Assembly (NCBI GenBank): GCA_049297695.1
Contig: JBAQUT010000022.1
Location: 1-55,023 of the forward strand
Source of the DNA: Alphaproteobacteria bacterium
GTDB lineage: Bacteria > Pseudomonadota > Alphaproteobacteria > UBA2136 > UBA6156
Reading direction: 5' to 3'
Length of the DNA: 55,023 nucleotides
The position numbers and the translations under genes are program-made. Of the stretch, positions 8,139-15,757 are shown in pieces. Each line of letters begins with the position of its first letter. The first letter of the stretch is position 1. The notes under the pieces are model-generated. The model was not told where the DNA came from, searched no databases, and saw nothing but the letters and a program-made list of their open reading frames with translations.

Positions 8139-9128
8139 ATGGAAAACCGCGCTACCCGCTTTTTGATTGCCGTGTTTGTGGTGTTGTTTGTGGCCGTGGC
8201 GGCGGTGGGATTGGTGGGGCGCGAGCTGGCGCGGCCCGGCCCCTTGGCGGCCGAGAGAACCGTGGTGATACCCAACGGCACCAGCACCAAAGCCATGGCG
8301 GCGTTGTTGGCGCGGGAAGGGGTGTTGCATAGCGCCCGTATGTTTGAGCTTGCGGCGCGGGTGAGCGGCTTTGCCCCCACGTTGAAGGCGGGGGAATATG
8401 TGTTTGAGGCGGGGGTTTCGCCGCGTCAGGTGTTAAGCAAACTGGCGTTTGGCCACACCGCTTCGCGGAGCATGACGCTGCCCGAAGGCCTGACCGTGAA
8501 GCAAGTGCTGGCCATGGTGGAAGGGGATAAAACCCTGAGCGGTGCGGCGCGGCCCATACCGGAGGAGGGGCGGATGTTCCCCGACACGTACACGTTTACC
8601 CATGGCACGCCCCGCGCCAAGCTGTTGGAGCAGATGACGGTGCGGATGGACCAAGAACTGGCTGATGCGTGGGCTGCGAGGGATGGAAACATCCCATTGG
8701 CCAGCGCGGAGGAACTGTTGATTTTGGCGAGCATCGTGCAAAAAGAAGCGGCCAACGATGCCGAAATGCCGTTGGTGGCGGGGGTGTTTGCCAACCGGTT
8801 GCGGAAGGGGATGTTGTTGCAATCCGACCCCACGGTGATGTACGGCGCCGACATGGTGGGGAACGACATTACGAGCAAAGAGTTGAAAGAAGCCAACCCC
8901 TTCAATACCTACCAAAACAAAGGCCTACCCCCCACGCCCATTGCCAACCCAGGCCGTGCGGCCTTGCAGGCGGCGGCCCGCCCCGCCAGCACCGAGGCGT
9001 TGTTTTTTATGGCCAAACCCGACAGGAGTGGCCATGTGTTTACCACCACCTATGCCGAACACCAAAAAGCTGTTAAGGCGTATTGGAGTGCGTATAACCA
9101 AAGGAAGCAAGAGAGTGTAAAGCCATGA
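8139..9128 (+). CDS. mltG: Endolytic murein transglycosylase MltG (YceG-like)
   Basis: N-terminal TM helix plus QSDPTVMYG and NTYQNKGLPPTPIANPG motifs. Start placed at ATG 8139 just before the TM segment. The ORF is open from 8037. Confidence 0.9.
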   Translation: MENRATRFLIAVFVVLFVAVAAVGLVGRELARPGPLAAERTVVIPNGTSTKAMAALLAREGVLHSARMFELAARVSGFAPTLKAGEYVFEAGVSPRQVLSKLAFGHTASRSMTLPEGLTVKQVLAMVEGDKTLSGAARPIPEEGRMFPDTYTFTHGTPRAKLLEQMTVRMDQELADAWAARDGNIPLASAEELLILASIVQKEAANDAEMPLVAGVFANRLRKGMLLQSDPTVMYGADMVGNDITSKELKEANPFNTYQNKGLPPTPIANPGRAALQAAARPASTEALFFMAKPDRSGHVFTTTYAEHQKAVKAYWSAYNQRKQESVKP

Positions 9129-9754
9129 CGTATAAACCGATGTTGATTACTGTGAGTGGAATGAGTGGGGTTGGAAAAGATTCTGTTGTGATGGGGCTTT
9201 GTAAACTGGATAACACGTTGCGTCGGGTTCCAAGTGCAACAACTCGTCCGCAAAGACCAGATGAAATTGAGGCTGTTGATTATTATTTTATGGGGCGAGA
9301 GAAATTTTTAAAGGCTAAAGAAAATGGTGATATACCTGAAGTGAGTGATTATCATGGGAATCTTTACGGTGCTTGGTTACCAGCTATACGGGAGCATATG
9401 AACCAAGGCTTATCTCCTATTAAGGATTGGACATGGAGCGGTGTTGAATATTTTCAACGTGATTTCCCCCAAGAAACATTCAGTGTGCTTGTTATGCCCC
9501 CATCTCGCGAACGGTTGTTCCAACGTTTAACCAAACGGAACCCGGAAAAAGCGGAAGATGGGAAGCGGCGCTTCAAGGCGGCAGAGGAAGATCTAGATCA
9601 TTTAAATGATCCGTTCCATATCTTCACCAACCCCGATATGCGGGGCAGCAAGTTGACCGATTATGATGCCGTGTTTGTGAACGACGATTTGGAAGTGACC
9701 GTGTACGCCGTGGCCAAGCGGATTGCCGAGGAACGGCAGAAGCGGGGCGGATGA
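9125..9754 (+). CDS. Divergent guanylate kinase-like nucleotide kinase
   Basis: 209 aa. P-loop VSGMSGVGKDS, SATTRPQRPDE...DYYF and HGNLYG match the Gmk layout. AT-richer: 25/60 GC in line 9241. ATGA overlap with the mltG stop. Confidence 0.7.
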   Translation: MTYKPMLITVSGMSGVGKDSVVMGLCKLDNTLRRVPSATTRPQRPDEIEAVDYYFMGREKFLKAKENGDIPEVSDYHGNLYGAWLPAIREHMNQGLSPIKDWTWSGVEYFQRDFPQETFSVLVMPPSRERLFQRLTKRNPEKAEDGKRRFKAAEEDLDHLNDPFHIFTNPDMRGSKLTDYDAVFVNDDLEVTVYAVAKRIAEERQKRGG

Positions 9755-10320
9755 GAAAATCAGTCGTCATGGCGAGCGGAACTTGTCCTACGAAGCCGCC
9801 ACTATGGGGCGTAGTAGGGGCGTGGCCATCGCGTGGTGTGGCCCTCGCCGTGGGGTTGTTGATAACAGCGTGTGGAGGCCAGTGGCAGTTGCCGAACTAC
9901 ATGGTGGCCCCCGCCAAAGGTGTGGTGGCCAGTTGCCCTCCCGAGGTGATAGGGCAGGCGCGGTGGGTGCAGGCCAATTTGCCCCGCGTGCAACTAGCCA
10001 GCCCGCGCCGCGCGGCGGTGAACGTGCTGGGCTACCCCGCCCATGTGGAAAGCTTTTTGCTGGCCGACAACAGCGCCGTGGACGTGTTGTTTTACCATAC
10101 GCCGGAAACCGCCTGCCGCCCCATGGAGCAGGGGTATGGCGGGTTGATGCCGTTGGTGTTCCAAAACGATAGTCTGTTGGGCTACGGGCAGGGGTATTAT
10201 CACACCATGGTGGTGCCCAACCTGCGGCAGCCGTTGGGCATGCCCTTGCAACGTAGTTTACCCACGGCACCGCAACCTAATGCCCAAGGCGGGGTGGGGC
10301 GGGGGGAACCGATACGGTAG
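9751..10320 (+). CDS. Putative lipoprotein
   Basis: Lipobox-like LLITAC after a hydrophobic stretch. ATGA overlap with the preceding gene. High-GC codon usage. Confidence 0.6.
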   Translation: MRKSVVMASGTCPTKPPLWGVVGAWPSRGVALAVGLLITACGGQWQLPNYMVAPAKGVVASCPPEVIGQARWVQANLPRVQLASPRRAAVNVLGYPAHVESFLLADNSAVDVLFYHTPETACRPMEQGYGGLMPLVFQNDSLLGYGQGYYHTMVVPNLRQPLGMPLQRSLPTAPQPNAQGGVGRGEPIR

Positions 10321-10322
10321 GC

Positions 10323-10351
10323 TTGACACAAAGGTTAAGAGTATCTATAAA
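10323..10351 (+). promoter_or_regulatory. Near-consensus sigma70-like promoter immediately after the lipoprotein stop codon
   Basis: TTGACA (10323-10328), exact 17-nt spacer containing AGTATC, then TATAAA (10346-10351). Confidence 0.45.
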
Positions 10352-10357
10352 AAGCAC

Positions 10358-10417
10358 ATCGCCTTTCGCGATTGGTTATCGACAATAAAGCCCCCGCTAC
10401 TACGGGGGCTTTTGTTT
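10358..10417 (+). ncRNA. Candidate small RNA (about 60 nt) bounded by a promoter and a terminator
   Basis: Predicted TSS about 7 nt after the -10 box. Internal hairpin ATCGC-CTTTC-GCGAT. Ends in the terminator at 10390-10417. No ORF. Confidence 0.35.
10390..10417 (+). terminator. Rho-independent terminator
   Basis: GCCCCCG (10390-10396), 6-nt loop, CGGGGGC (10403-10409), then TTTTGTTT. Confidence 0.75.
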
Positions 10418-10580
10418 AGCGTGTGAGGGTGACACTCAGGAAGAACCTGAGCTTGCCCCAGCACAACGCCAATTTACCGCAGAGGGTCATGGTATTCGCC
10501 TTTCGTTTGGTTTATCGACTGAGCGAACCATGCCTTGCGGCCTCTTTATATTGCACGTATTTCAAATAATGCCAAGAGAG

Positions 10581-10609
10581 TTGACGTTGCAAAAACCCTA
10601 CGCTATAAG
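10581..10609 (+). promoter_or_regulatory. Putative ndk promoter
   Basis: TTGACG (10581-10586), 17-nt spacer, TATAAG (10604-10609), 40 nt upstream of the ndk ATG. Confidence 0.45.
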
Positions 10610-10649
10610 CCCCCAACTGCATAAACATTCAGCAACGGAGGAACTCCCC

Positions 10650-11066
10650 ATGGCCATCGAACAAACCCTGAGCATTATCAAGCCCGACGCCGTCGCTAAA
10701 AACGTGGTGGGCGGCATTATTTCACGCTTTGAAGCCGCTGGCCTGAAGGTGAAAGAAGCCCGCATGATGCAGCTGACCGAAACCCAAGCTAAAATGTTTT
10801 ACGCCGAGCACGCCGCCCGCCCGTTTTACGGCGAATTGGTAGCCTTTATGACCAGCGGCCCTTGCATGCCTTTGGTGTTGGAAGGAGAAGGCGCGATTTT
10901 GAAAAACCGTGAGCTGATGGGCGCCACCAACCCCACCAAGGCCGAAGCTGGTACCATCCGCGCCGATTTTGCGATGCCTTGCACCGACCTTTCCGCCAAC
11001 GCCGTGCACGGTAGCGACAGCGCTGAAAGTGCGGTGCGTGAAATTGCCTTCTTTTTTGGGAAGTAA
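10650..11066 (+). CDS. ndk: Nucleoside diphosphate kinase
   Basis: [15 protein letters not shown] start with a [17 protein letters not shown] active-site His motif. The ORF-track N-terminal extension is rejected. Confidence 0.95.
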   Translation: MAIEQTLSIIKPDAVAKNVVGGIISRFEAAGLKVKEARMMQLTETQAKMFYAEHAARPFYGELVAFMTSGPCMPLVLEGEGAILKNRELMGATNPTKAEAGTIRADFAMPCTDLSANAVHGSDSAESAVREIAFFFGK

Positions 11067-11078
11067 GGGGGATTCTTC

Positions 11079-11516
11079 ATGGTTGATGCATCTAAAGAGT
11101 TAGCCTATTTAGTAGAAAATGGTTTTGGAGATGCTGTGGTTGTGTCTCCTTCCAATGAGAAGATGTCTTTAAGAGATTACGTGCGTGGTACAAAATGGTC
11201 TTCAGGCCGTGAGCATAGACCTATTTTGTGTTCGGTTGAATGTGCTATTGGAACACGTCCGGTCTTGCTATGGGCTCAAGAGACGTACCAACATCTTATC
11301 TCCAACGTGAGTTTAGGTGATAAATCTGGCCAAGGTTTTGAAGGTGTGGCTATGGAAGTGTTGAATGCGTTTACAAACGCACGGCTGGCAGGAAGCGCTT
11401 TAGATGAAGTGCAAGTGAATTATAATGGTAGAAATTTATGCTTTACATCGCAAGATAGTCCTTACAAAATTTCTACCACCTTACAAAAAGTAACCACGCC
11501 CAACCACGGTCGTTGA
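11079..11516 (+). CDS. Hypothetical protein (AT-richer ORFan)
   Basis: 145-aa ORF starting 12 nt after the ndk stop, with a GGGGGA RBS-like tract. No recognisable motif. Confidence 0.5.
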   Translation: MVDASKELAYLVENGFGDAVVVSPSNEKMSLRDYVRGTKWSSGREHRPILCSVECAIGTRPVLLWAQETYQHLISNVSLGDKSGQGFEGVAMEVLNAFTNARLAGSALDEVQVNYNGRNLCFTSQDSPYKISTTLQKVTTPNHGR

Positions 11517-11539
11517 CATTGCAGCCTGAAACCCGTTGA

Positions 11540-12268
11540 ATGAACCCCATGAGATGGGGTTTTGTTTTGGCGGTGTTGGCCGTGGGGAGTGTTCAGGCGC
11601 AAAGTCTGCCCAGCGCCGTGCCGTTGCAGGCCGAGCAATTGCCTGCCGTGAGCACCACCCAGCCTGTGCCTCCTGCCAAAGCCTTCAGCGTGGAAGGTGT
11701 GGTAGTAAAGCTGGATGCCAGCGAGGGCTTTAACCGCGATATGGCCCTCACCCAAGCTGCCCGCCAAGCCTTGCCCGTGGCCTTGGGGCAGTTGGAACTC
11801 CCCGTACCCGCCAGCAAAGCGGCCGACATCGCCAAAAACGTGGGCGACCCCATGACCTTTGTGAAAAGTTACAAACTGGTGAAAGAGGTGTTGGTGCCTG
11901 CGTATCAGCTAACCGCCAACTTGCAATTTGACGGTGCCAAGCTGCAAACAAACTTTGGCAGCAAAGTGTCCGTGGTAAAAGTGGAGGTTGCGGCCGAGAT
12001 ATCGGATACCGAAACCGTAACGCCTGCTTCCGCCATCAGCGATGCCACTGTGAGTGTGGTGTTGGAGGCGGATACCGCAGGAGCGCAAGATGAGCTTTTT
12101 AGTAAACTGGAACAGGCGGGGATGAACCCCGTGTGGCAGCTGATACGTCGGGATGGTGCCACCGTAACCCTGAACACCGCGCTGGAAGGCGACGCCCTGG
12201 CGGACAAGCTTCGGAAAGCGGGCATGACAGCCGAGGCAGTTGACGGCGTGGTAACGGTACGGCCATAA
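11540..12268 (+). CDS. Secreted hypothetical protein
   Basis: Signal peptide MNPMRWGFVLAVLAVGSVQAQS. High-GC codon usage. 242 aa. Confidence 0.65.
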   Translation: MNPMRWGFVLAVLAVGSVQAQSLPSAVPLQAEQLPAVSTTQPVPPAKAFSVEGVVVKLDASEGFNRDMALTQAARQALPVALGQLELPVPASKAADIAKNVGDPMTFVKSYKLVKEVLVPAYQLTANLQFDGAKLQTNFGSKVSVVKVEVAAEISDTETVTPASAISDATVSVVLEADTAGAQDELFSKLEQAGMNPVWQLIRRDGATVTLNTALEGDALADKLRKAGMTAEAVDGVVTVRP

Positions 12269-12274
12269 AGCCTT

Positions 12275-12883
12275 GTGAAGCAGCTGATTTTCCCTCTGAA
12301 CACTGGGCCCGATTATTCGGCAGAAGCCTTTGTGCCCACCACGGGCAGTGCGGCCGTGCGGGCGGCTTTGGCGGTGTTGAAACCCAGTAGTATTCCCAAC
12401 ATCTTGAACGGGCTTGTGGTGGTAGGGGCTCCCGCCAGCGGCAAAACCCATTTGGCGGAAATGTGGCGAGCCGACCACCCCGCAGGCGGGGTGGTGGATG
12501 GGTTGGAGAGCTTGGATGCAGCGGCGCAAACCGAGGTGTTCCATACCTTCAACCGCCTGAAGGAGCAAGGCGGGGCGTTGCTGGTAACCAGCCGCGTGCC
12601 CGTGCAAGAGCTGCCGTTGTTGGCCGACCTCAAGTCCCGCCTCTTAACCCTGAACCACGTGTACCTGATGCCCCCCGATGATGCCGAGCTGGCCCAGCTG
12701 GTGGCCAAATGGGCGGCGGAGCGGCAGGTGGTGTTGCCGCCCGCTGTTACCACCTACTTGCTGACGCGGGCCGAGCGCAGCCCAGCGGCGCTGCGCACCC
12801 TTGTGGCGGCGCTGGACGAGTTGAGCTTGGAGGAGAAGCGGGGGGTGAGCGTGGGGTTGGTGAAAAAGGTGTTGGGGAGTTGA
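12275..12883 (+). CDS. hdaA: DnaA-related regulatory inactivation protein HdaA
   Basis: GTG start. QLIFPL N-terminus (clamp-binding-like). Walker A GAPASGKTHLAEMW. DnaA domain III/IV-like C-terminus. Confidence 0.85.
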   Translation: MKQLIFPLNTGPDYSAEAFVPTTGSAAVRAALAVLKPSSIPNILNGLVVVGAPASGKTHLAEMWRADHPAGGVVDGLESLDAAAQTEVFHTFNRLKEQGGALLVTSRVPVQELPLLADLKSRLLTLNHVYLMPPDDAELAQLVAKWAAERQVVLPPAVTTYLLTRAERSPAALRTLVAALDELSLEEKRGVSVGLVKKVLGS

Positions 12884-12908
12884 CAATCTTTATAAGTATA
12901 CATATATA
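12880..12908 (+). promoter_or_regulatory. Consensus sigma70-like promoter overlapping the hdaA stop codon, with a GTATAC box
   Basis: TTGACA (12880-12885) contains the hdaA TGA. 17-nt spacer with GTATAC (12896-12901). TATATA (12903-12908). Confidence 0.5.
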
Positions 12909-12934
12909 AAGGTTCAATACAAAGGAGCCTCAAC

Positions 12935-13477
12935 ATGACATCCCCCCAGATTGTAGAAGCACGTAAAAATAAAGCAAAAAAAGCCATTATGTGTGCAGTA
13001 AAGCTGGCTTCTGGAAAAATTGAATTAGATTATGATGCGGATAAAGTTTTGAGAAGCATAAACTATGCTGCAAAAGGCCTCAACTGCGATGAAGCAATGC
13101 TTGAAGAATTACTTTGTGAACTGAGAGATCATGGTGAAGTATTATATGATGAAACAACGAGAACAGCAATGTTGGAGCGTGAAGTAGAGGTAAAGCCCTT
13201 CGAGATACCTGTGCTCATAGCGGAGCCAGTACGTTCCGAAGGATTGCCTCATGAAAAATTGATTTTGGAAACCTTGGCGAAATCGGGCACGGCTATGAAC
13301 ACATTCCAGATAGGAGAAAAAGCTTTTGGGACTATTTTTGAAAGCCAGACCCCTGAATTTTTAGCAACAATTAAGGTATTGACGGAAAAAGGAGTACTTG
13401 TACGCTATGAACCCAATGGCTCGGCTAAATCCAAAAAAATCGGAAGCCAAGCGGCAACTTACGCGTTGTCGAAATAG
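12935..13477 (+). CDS. Hypothetical winged-helix-like protein (islet ORFan family member)
   Basis: 180 aa. AAAGGAG RBS. The segment PHEKLILETLAKSG...VLTEKGVLVRYEP resembles SHEQVILEALKTAC...LVRKDRVVG of the 15758 gene. AT-richer. Confidence 0.6.
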   Translation: MTSPQIVEARKNKAKKAIMCAVKLASGKIELDYDADKVLRSINYAAKGLNCDEAMLEELLCELRDHGEVLYDETTRTAMLEREVEVKPFEIPVLIAEPVRSEGLPHEKLILETLAKSGTAMNTFQIGEKAFGTIFESQTPEFLATIKVLTEKGVLVRYEPNGSAKSKKIGSQAATYALSK

Positions 13478-13545
13478 GTGCCTTCGTTCTTGCTCGTTGT
13501 AGCAAAGGGCGTTAGTTTCTCTCTGTAAAGTAGGGAGAAAATATC

Positions 13546-14934
13546 ATGCGCATGTTAGTGTTGGCTTTGTTGTTGGCTGCAAACGTGGCCTATGCCCGTG
13601 AAGATGCTGTGCAAACCCGCACCAGCTTTGCCCGCGCCGTGCGGGAAGCCGCCCCTGCGGTGGTGAACATTTATGCCGCCAAGCGCGTGTTGCAGCGGGT
13701 GGGGCCGGCGTTGAACGACCCATTGTTCAACCAACTGTTTGCAGGGCAGGGGCCGTTGCGCGCCAAAGTGGAGCGGAGCCTAGGCAGCGGCGTGATTGTG
13801 GATGCGAGCGGCGTGCTGGTAACCAACTTGCACGTGGTGGAAGGTGCCGACGCCATGAAGGTGGTGATGGCCGACGGGCGCGAGTTTGCGGCGCGGTTGA
13901 TTAACAGTGATGAAAAGCTAGACCTTGCCGTGCTGCGGATGGAGGGGAATGGCCAGCGCTTCCCCGCCGCGCGGTTTGGCGATAGCGACACCCTGCAAGT
14001 GGGCGATGTGGTGCTGGCCGTGGGTAATCCGTTTGGGATTGGCCAGAGTGTGAGCATGGGCGTGGTAAGCGCCGTGGAGCGGAGCAATGCGGCGCTTAGC
14101 CAGTACGGCCAGTTTATCCAAACCGACGTGGCCATTAACCCCGGCAACAGCGGCGGCGCGTTGATTGACAGCACGGGGGCGTTGGTGGGCATCAACAGCG
14201 CTATTTTCAGCAAAACGGGCACCAGCGTGGGCATCAGCTTTGCCATACCCGCCAGTTTGGTGCGGGCGGTGGTGAACGATATTGTGAGTACCGGCCACGT
14301 AAGCCGCCCATGGTTTGGGGCCACGGGGCAAAACATACCCCCCGCATTGGCGGAAAAACTTGGCTTGGGGCGCGGGCAAGGGCAAGGGGTTATCCTCTCC
14401 GACGTGATGCCGGGCAGCCCCGCCGCCCGCGCGGGCATTAAGGCTGGCGACGTGATTGTGGGCATGGATGGAAAATCTGTAACCGACCCCGCCGCGTTGA
14501 ACGAGCGGATTTTGGCAACCCCCAACCTGATTGGCCGCGCCGTGCCGCTCACCCTCTGGCGGGAAGGGCATACACAAACGGCCACCATCACCTTTGAAGC
14601 CTTGCCCGACCGCAACCCCGCCGATGCCGTGAAGCTGGGCGGCGTGGGGCCGTTGGCGGGGGTGGGGGTGGAAAAACTTTCCCCTTCCTTGAACGTGCTT
14701 TTAGACTTGCCTGTGGCCGCCGAAGGCGTGGCCATTACCACCCCCAGCACGCGGAGCGACCCACGTTATGCCCTGATTATCAACGGCATCAAAGCGGGGG
14801 ATGTGCTGCTGGAAGTGAATCAACGGCGCATCCGTACCGTAGCCGATGCCCAGCGGGCCGCCAGCGAGCGCGACCAAAGCTGGATTATCAAGCTCCAACG
14901 CGGGAATGCGGTGATAACGCTGGTGGCGGAGTAG
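13546..14934 (+). CDS. degP: Periplasmic serine endoprotease, DegP/DegQ (HtrA) family
   Basis: Signal peptide. Triad HVVEGAD / DLAVLRM / GNSGGALID. Two PDZ-like C-terminal regions. Confidence 0.95.
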   Translation: MRMLVLALLLAANVAYAREDAVQTRTSFARAVREAAPAVVNIYAAKRVLQRVGPALNDPLFNQLFAGQGPLRAKVERSLGSGVIVDASGVLVTNLHVVEGADAMKVVMADGREFAARLINSDEKLDLAVLRMEGNGQRFPAARFGDSDTLQVGDVVLAVGNPFGIGQSVSMGVVSAVERSNAALSQYGQFIQTDVAINPGNSGGALIDSTGALVGINSAIFSKTGTSVGISFAIPASLVRAVVNDIVSTGHVSRPWFGATGQNIPPALAEKLGLGRGQGQGVILSDVMPGSPAARAGIKAGDVIVGMDGKSVTDPAALNERILATPNLIGRAVPLTLWREGHTQTATITFEALPDRNPADAVKLGGVGPLAGVGVEKLSPSLNVLLDLPVAAEGVAITTPSTRSDPRYALIINGIKAGDVLLEVNQRRIRTVADAQRAASERDQSWIIKLQRGNAVITLVAE

Positions 14935-14936
14935 GG

Positions 14937-14964
14937 TTGACAAATCTTTCTTTAAGTATACATT
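14937..14964 (+). promoter_or_regulatory. Sigma70-like promoter with a GTATAC box directly after the degP stop
   Basis: TAG stop 14932-14934. TTGACA 14937-14942 followed by AATCTTT. GTATAC 14956-14961. TACATT as a candidate -10. Confidence 0.45.
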
Positions 14965-14988
14965 GCAGTGTATCAAAGGAGAAAACCC

Positions 14989-15687
14989 ATGAGCCATTGG
15001 ACACACATCTCGAAAGATGAAGCTTATGTAATAGATAGAATTATTTATAAACTCGGCGATATGGCCACTGCGGATGATATTGTTGACGAATTAAACAGGC
15101 AGAACGTGGCTATACGCCCAGAGTTTGTTAGATTGCATGTAGAAGATACTCATGCGATGGGAAAATTGATTCGTTTGGATGGAACCATTGCGGACGCTTA
15201 TATACGCTCTAAAAAGTTTGTAGGTCCGTACGCAGAAATAGATGAGGCACTGGCAGATAAGGTAAAAACCCTTGTTCGAGAAGCTGGAGTTGAAGCAGAT
15301 AACAAATATTTAATGCCACGACTTCTTCCAAAAACGCATTTCTATGATCGAGCGAATGATGCGCTTATGCATTATTCAATTGATGTGAGGGAAGGCTATG
15401 GTGCAACGGAAAAATATGAAAAACCAGTTCGGCAAGTAATAGATTCTCTGTTTAGAGAGGGTTCGTTACGCATTGGAGGTTGTGAAAACCCTGTTAATAA
15501 TGATAGTTTTTTTGTAAACTGGCATGGCTCTAATAAAAAACATAAAATTTTCTTTTATGTACGTGAAGATGAGCTTATTTTACCTCAGAATGTTGCCAAA
15601 TATCGGGATGCCAAAACAGCCGCTGAGATTGCCCGCAGAGATGAATTAACAAAGGGGTGGGATAAAGATATGGGCGATAGAGGTTAA
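14989..15687 (+). CDS. Hypothetical winged-helix-like protein (islet ORFan family member)
   Basis: ATG at 14989 with an AAAGGAG RBS. Shares ...TADDIVDEL...LIRLDGT... and a C-terminal ...KIFFYVREDELILPQNVAKYR block with the next gene. Confidence 0.6.
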   Translation: MSHWTHISKDEAYVIDRIIYKLGDMATADDIVDELNRQNVAIRPEFVRLHVEDTHAMGKLIRLDGTIADAYIRSKKFVGPYAEIDEALADKVKTLVREAGVEADNKYLMPRLLPKTHFYDRANDALMHYSIDVREGYGATEKYEKPVRQVIDSLFREGSLRIGGCENPVNNDSFFVNWHGSNKKHKIFFYVREDELILPQNVAKYRDAKTAAEIARRDELTKGWDKDMGDRG

Positions 15688-15757
15688 GGATTTAGAAAAA
15701 TTTAGGTTAGAGACTCTTTATTTTTATAGGAATAAATGACGTAAAAGGAGAAACAGA

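Noticed and set aside
13671-14750. 359-aa minus-strand ORF opposite degP, with similar antisense ORFs at 3542..4255, 4512..5363, 24212..25099, 22921..23589, 49065..49892 and 52726..53508
   Set aside because: All are antisense or out of frame within confidently identified genes. All show the Ala/Pro/Arg/Ser bias expected from the complementary frames of high-GC coding DNA.
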